Source: Chlamydiales bacterium
GTDB taxonomy: Bacteria > Chlamydiota > Chlamydiia > Chlamydiales > JBDQID01
Reading direction: 5' to 3'
Assembly (NCBI GenBank): GCA_047611865.1
Contig: JBLFWS010000061.1
Span: 1-16,735 of the forward strand
DNA length: 16,735 bases
Part shown: piece by piece, positions 1-8,265 of the stretch
Layout: every line of letters begins with the position of its first letter
Numbering within the stretch: position 1 is the first letter of the stretch
Translations under genes and position numbers: made by a program
Notes under the pieces: generated by a model
Database searches by the model: none
Seen by the model: only the letters and a program-made list of their open reading frames with translations
Told to the model about the DNA's origin: nothing

Positions 1-85
1 TTTCATAGAGTATACTGTCATGCTTTCTTTCTTAGTAAGCCAACGTGTATAGTTTTGCTTTATTTGAACAAACAGGAGTAGTTTC

Positions 86-910
86 ATGCTTGTAAACTTA
101 TTAGTATCGGGGTCACTTTTGGCTTCTTCTTTAATTATTGATATTGGCAATTCTCATATGGTCGGAGCCTTTTTCGATGGCGACAAGATGGTGGAGAAAA
201 TCCGTGTTGCTGAAACTGATGATTTTGTTGATAATTTGGAAACCCTTCTGGAAGACCACATCTCAAATATTACGGATGCGACTATAGGTAGTGTTAACCG
301 GAGGGTTAGTTACCCGGTAGCTTATGTCTTGGAGAAAAATAACATTCCATACAAATTTATCAACAAGAGCAAGTTGAATTTGGAATTCCAAAGGGTGGAT
401 CCTAGTGGGATTGGGACTGATCTCCTCGCTAATGCATACGGAGCATTGGATAAGTTTCCAGGAAACTGTATCGTCGTTGATGTGGGAAGCGCCATTACGG
501 TTCAGGCAGTTTCACATGACAGGAAGTTTCTTGGTGGAGCTATTGCCCCAGGGATGAATATGAGTTCTGTAGCCATGCATGAAAAGACTTATGCTTTACC
601 CCGTGTTACGGTATATAAGCCTGAAAAATCTTCTACATTGGATACCCCGGAATGTATTCGCAGTGGCATTTATTGGAGCTCCATCGGAGGTATAGAGCAT
701 TTGGTAGATGAAACCAGGAAAGAATGGTTTCCGGGTGAAGATGTAACCGTTGTTGCTACGGGCGGGGTCTTTTCTGATACCAGCGAAGAAAATTCTGAGA
801 TGAGAAATACTTTTGGTGACGCTATTAAGGGAGACCTTTCCCATTGTGTCGACTTCTTTGACCCAGAGCTCACTCTCTATGGTCTTTTCCTTATGTCTAA
901 GGAAGCATAA
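86..910 (+). CDS. coaX: Type III pantothenate kinase
   Basis: Motifs LIIDIGNS, IGTD, VVDVGSAITV, FLGGAIAPG, T-x-ECIRSG, VVATGG and LTLYGL occur in the order typical of type III PanK. SD AGGAG lies upstream of the ATG. Confidence 0.92.
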   Translation: MLVNLLVSGSLLASSLIIDIGNSHMVGAFFDGDKMVEKIRVAETDDFVDNLETLLEDHISNITDATIGSVNRRVSYPVAYVLEKNNIPYKFINKSKLNLEFQRVDPSGIGTDLLANAYGALDKFPGNCIVVDVGSAITVQAVSHDRKFLGGAIAPGMNMSSVAMHEKTYALPRVTVYKPEKSSTLDTPECIRSGIYWSSIGGIEHLVDETRKEWFPGEDVTVVATGGVFSDTSEENSEMRNTFGDAIKGDLSHCVDFFDPELTLYGLFLMSKEA

Positions 911-926
911 TTCAAAGTATTATCAA

Positions 927-964
927 GCGGTAGAGCTCTTAAGGAATCCTTAGAGCTCTACCGC
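927..964. terminator. Likely bidirectional intrinsic terminator hairpin between convergent genes
   Basis: Perfect 13-bp stem gcggtagagctct (927-939) / agagctctaccgc (952-964) with further inner pairing, between the stop codons at 910 and 974. Confidence 0.75.
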
Positions 965-973
965 GATATTCTT

Positions 974-2851
974 TTAAGCTCTGAACCATCCAAACCAGCG
1001 CCAGCTTTCATCACTAGTGACCGCTGGAGAGGTATGGCGGACAGCTTGTAGGGCTGTTGCCAGGTTTTCACCATTGGGACTTCCCCATCCTGTACAAGCA
1101 TCCCAGCCTTCTGTGGCCTTATACCCAGGCGTTGAGCTCACCTCGTTATCACCTTGCGTGATGTCATGGAAAGCGCCTCGGGACTCACCTATCTGGTATA
1201 GTTGTGGGTTTAAGAAACCCAAACGGGTGTCCATCTTTTGATTGAGCTGTGCAATCAATCCTGCCCAAAGAGGGGCCACAGCACTCGTTCCGCCTATGAC
1301 ACCCATTCCTTCTTTAAGACGAATCTCATATCCTGTGGAGGGATCAGCGACACCTGAAACATCGGGCACCCCTCGTCCCCAGTCTTTTCCCGTGTTTACG
1401 TTTACGGGCATATGAACAGCATTTTGGTAGCTTGGACGCTCCTCTAGCTCACTGATTCCACCACCTGTTGCTCCTCCATAGACATTATTCCAGACGACTT
1501 CGCTTTTGATCACATGATCAGCGGCTTCAAGTTTTGTACCTCCGCAAGAAAGTACATAGGGAGAGGCGGAGGGGAAGTCTACGTTTGCTTTATTATCCTG
1601 ATGAGGCCTCTCATCACTTGCACCCGCATCTCCAGCGGCTACACAAACACTTACATTGCGTACAGTAGCCGCTTCTTTAAAGGCTTGATCAAAGGATGTG
1701 CGATAGGGATTGTTTTGAGAGTCCCTTTGGTTCCAGACAGCTTCGGGAGAACCCCAGCTTATGGATATCACAGAGTTGTCATGTAATGGATCATGGGCTG
1801 CTTTTTTTACAGCACGGAGAAATCCTTCTGTGGTATTCGGGGCAAAATAAACAACGATGTCAGCCTCAGGAGCTACGGCACCTATGACTTCAATATCTAA
1901 GTAGACTTCTCCATCGGCATCTCTTGTTGGGCCATCGGGATCGTTTTTACCGCCAGCTACAGAAACACTGGTCACATTTGGAGGAGTTTCTAATCCGCAG
2001 TCTTCGGTGAAGTATTTTGTGAGGACTTCAGGATCATATCCTCCACCTAGCTCTATGATAGCTATCGACTGGCCTTTTCCAAGAGAGTCTTTGGGGAAAT
2101 TGTATATTTTAGAAAGGTCTGTGGGTAAAAAAGATTTTCTTTCACGAGTTTGACTTTCACTAGCGAAGCGAAACTTTGGTTGGAAAACGGGGCGAGTGTC
2201 CAGTCCAAAGACTCCCTCTATAATACCATGTAGAGATTCAGGCAAGTGGACAGGACCTGAGTGTCCACGATATTCGCCATTAGAATGTGAGTAGTTTTTT
2301 AGGGAAACACCAAAGGCTTTATTGATAGTTTTAGCAGTACCTGAGAGGACGACGATCCTTTCTCCGGCAGACGCTTCTACAATAGAAAGCCCATGAGCGT
2401 GAGAAAATTTCTCTACTAATTTTATGTCTTTTTTGTCAGCTCCGTATATTCGTGCAAATTCTTCTGCGGAGAGTGTTACTCTTTCAGTTTGTGGCTTTCC
2501 ATGGGCTTCTGTCATGGTGGGCAATTCTGGGTGTGATTCACGGTAGCGTAGATGAAGGGTGACTTCTACATGGTCATCTTCAGCAGGGGAGCCAATCATA
2601 GTAGCTCCTGTCATACGTGGAAGGCTGGAGTTGGGAATCGCCTTTAAGCTATGCATTGGATTGCGTTTGTGAGTTACGACATTTCGAGCAACTTCAGCAC
2701 CATCAAGTAATGAGATAGTACGGTTACTTAGCGGACTAATAGTATTTTGCACTTTATCATGAGATTCTGTTGCGGCTTCCACCAAAAGGGAACTTGAGTG
2801 AGCATGTACTCCTCCTCCTCCTGGACGTTCTGTGGCACTTGTAAAAGTCAT
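974..2851 (-). CDS. S53 family (kumamolisin/sedolisin-like) serine-carboxyl protease with prodomain
   Basis: Pro-kumamolisin-like prodomain (VEVTLHLR...FARIYGA...LSGTAKTINKAFGV). Catalytic motifs IAIIELGGG, GEVYLDIEV (Glu/Asp), SISWG, AAGDAG (oxyanion Asp), GRGVPDVSG, GGTSAVAPLWAG (Ser) and Ca-site GWDACTGWGS. Start placed at ATG 2851 because of an AGGAG SD; the ORF track extends to 2884. Confidence 0.95.
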   Translation of the reverse strand: MTFTSATERPGGGGVHAHSSSLLVEAATESHDKVQNTISPLSNRTISLLDGAEVARNVVTHKRNPMHSLKAIPNSSLPRMTGATMIGSPAEDDHVEVTLHLRYRESHPELPTMTEAHGKPQTERVTLSAEEFARIYGADKKDIKLVEKFSHAHGLSIVEASAGERIVVLSGTAKTINKAFGVSLKNYSHSNGEYRGHSGPVHLPESLHGIIEGVFGLDTRPVFQPKFRFASESQTRERKSFLPTDLSKIYNFPKDSLGKGQSIAIIELGGGYDPEVLTKYFTEDCGLETPPNVTSVSVAGGKNDPDGPTRDADGEVYLDIEVIGAVAPEADIVVYFAPNTTEGFLRAVKKAAHDPLHDNSVISISWGSPEAVWNQRDSQNNPYRTSFDQAFKEAATVRNVSVCVAAGDAGASDERPHQDNKANVDFPSASPYVLSCGGTKLEAADHVIKSEVVWNNVYGGATGGGISELEERPSYQNAVHMPVNVNTGKDWGRGVPDVSGVADPSTGYEIRLKEGMGVIGGTSAVAPLWAGLIAQLNQKMDTRLGFLNPQLYQIGESRGAFHDITQGDNEVSSTPGYKATEGWDACTGWGSPNGENLATALQAVRHTSPAVTSDESWRWFGWFRA

Positions 2852-2995
2852 AGGGGATCTCCTGGAATTTTCTGTGATCATCAAAGAATTTACTTACACA
2901 TCTGTAATTTGCCACCTTGGCACAAATGAGCATCAGAAATAAATATCCCTGTTTGAAATATTTGTAAATTGAAACATATAAAAAAAATGCTTAGG

Positions 2996-3214
2996 ATGGG
3001 GTTTCACCCCAAACCCCACCAAAGGGCTAACCCTCTGGGCTCCTGTGTAGTGGCCTTACACCGTAGGCGAATTGAAAAATCAGGAAAATATATCAGGTAC
3101 TTCTTTACTCTTCTTTTTTCAGTACTCGAAGAACTTCGTTCCTCTCGCAAGCAGTCAGCATCATTGTTCCAATGACGCTGAAAACTTCCACCTGCGGTGG
3201 TGTGACGATACCTG
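2996..3214 (-). repeat. Structured non-coding repeat element, copy A
   Basis: Its reverse complement aligns in conserved blocks with 3262-3477 (caggtatcgtca..., actgcttgcgagaggaacg, ccctttggtggggtttggggt..aaaccccat). Hairpins show compensatory changes between the copies. Confidence 0.88.
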
Positions 3215-3261
3215 AACTAATACGAATGATCAGACAAAGTTAGCTTAAGTTCATATTCTGA

Positions 3262-3477
3262 CAGGTATCGTCAACCGGCGAAGCCGGGCTTTTCAGTATC
3301 ATTGGAACAATGGTGCTGACTGCTTGCGAGAGGAACGGAGTTCATCGAGTACAGAGAATGAGTAAGATAGAGGAGCTTAAAGTGTATTGTAGCTTTTTCA
3401 GTTCGCTTACGGTGTAAGACAACTAAAGGGGAGTCCAGAGGGCTGGCCCTTTGGTGGGGTTTGGGGTAAAACCCCAT
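3262..3477 (+). repeat. Structured non-coding repeat element, copy B (inverted relative to copy A)
   Basis: Hairpins ccggc-gaa-gccgg (3275-3287), cagtatcattg-gaa-caatggtgctg (3294-3318), gaac-gga-gttc, ccagaggg..ccctttgg and ggggt-aaa-acccc, followed by a T-rich tract (3478-3508). Confidence 0.88.
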
Positions 3478-3538
3478 TTTTTCTTTCTTTCTTTCTTTTT
3501 TCTTTTCTACGTTGACCTTATTGTGTTTCGAATAGGCA

Positions 3539-4570
3539 TTAGACTTGATTGATACTTAAGACTTCATTTTCTAGAATTTGTGAGCTTTCATTTCGTTGTT
3601 TTGCTTGCTGAACTTTTTGGATAATAAGTTTGGTGGTGTATAGGGAGGAGAATGTAGTTATGATTCCGGCTTGTATGGCGGTGCCTGGGTAGAGGTCGGC
3701 GACAGCCATTCCGACATCTCCAGCAAAGTGTAGGACGATGTTTGCTTTGGCAACGAATTGTTGTGTCTCTATATTTTTTAGGGCTACGTGTGAGATAAGA
3801 CCTTTTATTTTATGAATATTATTGTCTTCGATTAATTGAATATCTTGTGAGAATTTTCTCCAGGTGTCTTTGTCCATACGCCCTCTGATGTAGGCGGCTT
3901 CCTGGCTGCCGAAAGTATTTTCAGGCAGTGCTATAGAGGGGGATGTGAATAAATGCTTGATAGTATGCAGTTCTACGTCGGAGAGACCATTTTTGAGCTG
4001 TCCGATGATACTTTTGTTTGTGAAGTATTCGAAAAAATCTATTCCTATACCTAGTACGATAGAGCTAACCCCCCACGGCCTGCTTATAGAGTATAGTTCA
4101 TCGGTAATGTCATTGTGATGGGTCATTCTTGTGATGGATGCAACACATCCACTAACTGTTAAGATTATTCCTGAAGCAATATAGACTACCTTTGCAGCAG
4201 AACTTATTAAAATTGTTTGGTTCCGAGTTTTCTTTGCGAGAGCAAAGTCACCAATGGTTTTATGCAGAAGACTTGCCTGAAAATTTAGTGAGACAAGCCC
4301 AATAAAATTGAGTGTAAAAAATGAAACATTCGTGATCTTTGGAGGAAAGCCTGGAACTGTTTCTCCGATTAGGAAAATGATGTCGACAGCTAAGATAGTG
4401 ACGCTTGATATGAGGTCGGTATATTTTTCGAGAAGGTCTCCTAGGCGGCACCTGCAGTTGGAGGAGGTATCCGTACATATCCTTCTCCACCATGTATTTT
4501 CTCTTGTATGGTACAAATCGTTTGTTGAGCTTGAGCTAGGAGCGAGGAGGGCGGTCGTCATAGTGGGCAT
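3539..4570 (-). CDS. Hypothetical multi-pass membrane protein (Inc/effector-like)
   Basis: 343-aa ORF with a Ser/Thr-rich N-terminus and several paired hydrophobic segments. No family recognised. Confidence 0.75.
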   Translation of the reverse strand: MPTMTTALLAPSSSSTNDLYHTRENTWWRRICTDTSSNCRCRLGDLLEKYTDLISSVTILAVDIIFLIGETVPGFPPKITNVSFFTLNFIGLVSLNFQASLLHKTIGDFALAKKTRNQTILISSAAKVVYIASGIILTVSGCVASITRMTHHNDITDELYSISRPWGVSSIVLGIGIDFFEYFTNKSIIGQLKNGLSDVELHTIKHLFTSPSIALPENTFGSQEAAYIRGRMDKDTWRKFSQDIQLIEDNNIHKIKGLISHVALKNIETQQFVAKANIVLHFAGDVGMAVADLYPGTAIQAGIITTFSSLYTTKLIIQKVQQAKQRNESSQILENEVLSINQV

Positions 4571-4594
4571 AGGAGGTTTAAGTTATTTTGTGGG

Positions 4595-5991
4595 TCAGGG
4601 TGTTTCGATTTCTTGAATTTCGCCGAGTTCTTTTGCTGAGAGTGGACCTGTTTCTGAAGGGATTTTTTTAAGGATCTCAAAACGCTGGCGCAATAAAAGT
4701 TCCATCCCATTGTCAAAGTAGTCCACTTCAAGTCCATGTGCACCTTCTTTATACAAATCAATAAGAGCATTTAAGCGTTCGTCTGTTAGGTGATCGAGGA
4801 TGAATTGTTTACTTGCATCGGTGAATTTTTCTCTAGCAATATTTAGGTTTTTCCAAAGGTATTGTTTTATGGCTAGTGAGGAAGTAGATAACCCAGGGTT
4901 TTGTCTGGGAAGGCAATTGCCGTTGTCAATGCACTTGATGTCGACAATTTCTCCATCGTCTCCGAGTCTTATCATCCAGTTTTCTTCGTGTCGATCCAGG
5001 TTGGCAGTAAGGAAGTCAAAAAGCGTCATTTTTTGAAAGAGGGTTTTCTCGTCTTCGGAGAAAGACCGACCGGGCATTTCTAATTGTGACATCACTTCAG
5101 AAGCTTCTTGATACCCATGGAGGAATTCTAGAAAGGCACCGCTTTGATTTTCAATTTGAGTCATTACGGTACAAGGCGCCATGTTAAACCCAAAGGTTAT
5201 GTCAGCAAGAAAAGCCGCAACTTCACCCTTAGGTTGTGCCATGGGAGCTGTACTTAGCAGACTAATTTGCCCCACAGTCGAGTCAATCATTCGTTTAATG
5301 TTTTGTGTTAGTCCTAGCTGGTCTGAAGGGGTTTCGGGTTTGAAAACACCAATCTTTTCACCGTTGAGAGAAGCTAGTAAACTTGATCCGGTGGCTCCTT
5401 TGTTGGTTTTTTTTAAAGTCCTATCTTTATGGCAAGGCGGGGTTTTTGGATTTTATGGCTGAGCATGAGAGTGCGGGTGCTGATAGAGGTTTCATTGAGT
5501 TGAACGATTTTTTCAGAGAGATACTCCTCCCTTTTTTGGAAAGCCTTTAGTTTCGTATGGCTCTCTCCTATAATTTGAGGGGTACTTTTAAGTTCTCTTT
5601 CTTTTTCGGATGCTAAAAAGCTATCTTGCCAGCTTTTTATTTTGCTAATTTCTTTCCGGTTTTTTTCGAGGCTTTCTCTGGCTTCAGACAGGCTTTGGGT
5701 TCTACTTTTTAGTTCCTTATCTAATTGAGAGTAGTCAGAATCGATATACCTCAAGATATTGTTGTAGGCTTCGAGTTCATTGCGGTCGAAATGATTTATT
5801 GTCAGGCGAGAGAGTTTAGAAAGTAAAAAATACGTGATGGTTTTTTGTAGTGAGGCCTGGTCAAAGTTAAGGTTTTCTGCTGTGGAGGTTACTTCTATTA
5901 GTGCTTTTATCTTCACTACCAGGCGGGAAACAATCGCTTGCATGTTCTCATCTCCAATGGAGGCTTCTCCATTGGAGATGAGAATTTGCAT
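4595..5991 (-). pseudogene. Frameshifted PI4-kinase type II-like (PI3/PI4K superfamily) protein with an N-terminal coiled-coil region
   Basis: The frame of ORF 4595-5290 stays open upstream to 5452 and encodes KGATGSSLL...IGVFKPE (P-loop and Lys) before the annotated Met. It continues with GEVAAFLAD, GAFLEFLHG, LFDFLTANLDRHEENWMI and IDNGNCLP. The upstream ORF 5413-5991 overlaps this frame by ~40 nt and stops at a TAA within a T3A8 run. One extra base would fuse them into a ~465-aa protein. Confidence 0.8.
5945..5984. promoter_or_regulatory. Perfect 18-bp stem hairpin at the 5' end of the kinase gene
   Basis: ttctcatctccaatggag (5945-5962), loop gctt, ctccattggagatgagaa (5967-5984). Confidence 0.6.
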
Positions 5992-6031
5992 GTCGTCATT
6001 ACAGGAAAGACTGGAAACATCATTGTTTACT

Positions 6032-6252
6032 CAGCAATTCCCGGTGTTTTTGACGTTGATAATAAAGGTGTTATAAATTAAAAAAGACACTCTAAAAAAA
6101 CAAAAAGAGGCTCACAATGGACTCTGAGGCATTTAAGGAAAAATTTTAAACAAAAAAATTTGCTGCGGAAATGATTTTACCCCCCCCTTCTCGAGAGAAA
6201 AGAGGGGGGGGGTAGCTTTTTCAAGGTCTAAAAATAACACCGGGAATTGCTG
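6032..6252. mobile_element. MITE (non-autonomous IS derivative), copy 1, 221 bp
   Basis: Perfect 17-bp TIR cagcaattcccggtgtt / aacaccgggaattgctg, flanked by a perfect 9-bp direct repeat ttgtttact (6023-6031, 6253-6261). No ORF. A second copy lies at 15007-15201. Confidence 0.93.
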
Positions 6253-6256
6253 TTGT

Positions 6257-7198
6257 TTACTTGGTATCGAAGACTTTGCGGTTTGATTCAGAGAGCTCTG
6301 AAGCCAGCTGCGAGGTATTCGTTTTCAAAAAGAATACAGTCATGCTTTTTTTGAAGAAGATGGCAAGAAGTAAGAAGAAGGTGGCGGGAAAGAGAAAAAC
6401 GTCAAAAATGGTGACGGCGATGTGTTTGACGACATAAGTCGCAAGGTGGGCATGTTTATTATCGAGGTTCCCTGAAATTTCTGAGTAGGTCGTTATAGCC
6501 CGATGTGCTTGATCTTTTATTCCTTCTGCTTTGTTTTGAATAAAAAGTTCCTTATGCTCAGTGCTTACCTCTGCTCTGATTTCTTTTACGACTGGTGAGG
6601 TAATGTATTGGGAAGTACGAAATCCAGCGTATATGGAAGCAGGTGTAAGTATGTATGTTGCGATGACCAAGAAGAATAACAATTCTGTAGCTTTGGCAGA
6701 GTAAAGAGTGAGTTTTGGAATAAACATGAGGGTGATACTGTGTGCAGCCATGAAGAACAAAAAGAGATAAAAGGAGGGAGTCGTTAGAAGATCTGACCAT
6801 TCTAACAAGAGTTCCATAGAATGAAGGGTCACCATACTTAATAATGAGGCGATCCAGGCGTAATCTACTAACTCTTTCAACGATTCTAGTACCTTTCCTA
6901 CCTGAACTTGAACGTCTACAAAAAAGGAGATTCCGACGCTACTGCTTTGAATTATGGAGATGCCGGATTTTAATCCTGTGAAGACCACAAAAGACTTAAT
7001 AGATTCCTTTTCCGCATTGGCAAGGTATTCTTTATTTTGTATAGAAAGTTCCTCTTTTCCCAAGTAATCCAGGAGGTCATCAATTTTCCCCATACTATGG
7101 AGGGCTAATAAACCGAGGGTTATTGCAAGTAGGAGAAAGTGTCTTATTTCTACTCTCCAGTCCCAGTCCTTTTTCTCTGTGCGTTTGAATATAGGCAT
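6257..7198 (-). CDS. Hypothetical membrane protein
   Basis: 313-aa ORF with multiple hydrophobic helices and SD GAGGG upstream. Its stop codon lies inside the MITE target duplication. Confidence 0.8.
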   Translation of the reverse strand: MPIFKRTEKKDWDWRVEIRHFLLLAITLGLLALHSMGKIDDLLDYLGKEELSIQNKEYLANAEKESIKSFVVFTGLKSGISIIQSSSVGISFFVDVQVQVGKVLESLKELVDYAWIASLLSMVTLHSMELLLEWSDLLTTPSFYLFLFFMAAHSITLMFIPKLTLYSAKATELLFFLVIATYILTPASIYAGFRTSQYITSPVVKEIRAEVSTEHKELFIQNKAEGIKDQAHRAITTYSEISGNLDNKHAHLATYVVKHIAVTIFDVFLFPATFFLLLAIFFKKSMTVFFLKTNTSQLASELSESNRKVFDTK

Positions 7199-7281
7199 CA
7201 GTTCCCCTCTTGTGTTAAAAAATCAGACTTGAAAGAATGCTATGAGATTAATATGAGCTCAAGAAAATTAAAATAATCCAT

Positions 7282-8265
7282 ATGGAATTAATTCGGGGGA
7301 AAATGATTTCAAATAAAGGTCTACAGGCTTGTACTTCTGTTCTAATGATTCGCCCAGTTTCTTTTTGTGGGAACTTGGAAACTCTATCAACGAATGCATT
7401 CCAGAAAAAGGATCATGGCTTGTCCTTAGGGGAGATTCAGAGCAGGGCTTTGGAAGAGTTTGACAATTATGTGAAGATCTTGCGCTCTCATGATGTTCTC
7501 GTTCACACTTTCGAAGATAATTCTGAGACTCATACTCCGGATAGTATTTATCCCAATAATTGGTTATCTGTACATCCAGATGGAAAAATACTCACTTATC
7601 CAATGGCGACGGAAAGCAGGAGGTTGGAGAGGAGAAGCGACATTATTGATTTCATAAAAGGCCATTATCAAATAACAGATCATCATGATCTTGGACATTA
7701 TGCTTCTGAGGGGCGTTATCTGGAAGGTACGGGAAGTGTGGTCTTTGACTATCCCCATAAGCGAGCATATGCTTGCTTATCAGCGAGAACGGATCAGGGA
7801 TTGTTTGAGGAACTTTGTGAATATTTGGAATATGAGGCAATTAGTTTTAGAGCTGTTGATGCCAAGCTTACAGCCATTTACCACACAAACGTTATGATGC
7901 ACGTGGGAGAAAGCTGTGCTGTTGTTTGTTTGGAAGTCGTTCCTGACTTTGGCGAAAGAGAGAAAATCCTTTCATCATTGAGAGAAACAGGTCATGAAGT
8001 GCTCTTGATCTCTTTGGATCAGATGAAAAGTTTTTGTGCGAATATTCTGGAAGTATCCAATCATAACGGTGAGGTGCTTCTGCTTATGTCCGAGCAGGCT
8101 AGAAAAGCTTATACAAAGCAACAACTTAGGCTTCTTGAGAAGAATACAAAAATACTTTCCACCTCCCTACAGACTATCGAAAGTGCTGGTGGAGGTGGGG
8201 CTAGGTGTATGCTTGCGGGAATTCACGCTGTTTCCCAAGATTGCTCCATCACATTTTCTCCGTAG
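7282..8265 (+). CDS. ctlX: CtlX-like citrulline utilization hydrolase (amidinotransferase/arginine deiminase superfamily)
   Basis: Motifs VLMIRPVSF, EEFDNYVKILR, TPDSIYPNNW, YPM..ESRRLERR, YLEGTGSVV, AYACLSART, IYHTNVMM and IESAGGGGARCM. The start could instead be ATG 7303. Confidence 0.88.
   Translation: MELIRGKMISNKGLQACTSVLMIRPVSFCGNLETLSTNAFQKKDHGLSLGEIQSRALEEFDNYVKILRSHDVLVHTFEDNSETHTPDSIYPNNWLSVHPDGKILTYPMATESRRLERRSDIIDFIKGHYQITDHHDLGHYASEGRYLEGTGSVVFDYPHKRAYACLSARTDQGLFEELCEYLEYEAISFRAVDAKLTAIYHTNVMMHVGESCAVVCLEVVPDFGEREKILSSLRETGHEVLLISLDQMKSFCANILEVSNHNGEVLLLMSEQARKAYTKQQLRLLEKNTKILSTSLQTIESAGGGGARCMLAGIHAVSQDCSITFSP

Noticed and set aside
2969..3477. Two similar 68-aa ORFs (2969-3175 +, 3271-3477 -) as a duplicated small protein gene
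   Set aside because: The similarity comes from the DNA repeat. The conserved distal block is read in different frames in the two copies, and substitutions preserve base pairing on the opposite strand rather than codons.
3478..3508. (TTTC)n tract as a contingency locus
   Set aside because: Short, imperfect and intergenic. It is better explained as the T-rich tail of repeat copy B or a terminator region.
5413..5421. prfB-like +1 frameshift at CTT-TAA on the minus strand
   Set aside because: A +1 shift leads to a frame that stops within ~20 codons. The kinase frame needs -1 (or +2), and no correctly phased X-XXY-YYZ heptamer precedes the stop.
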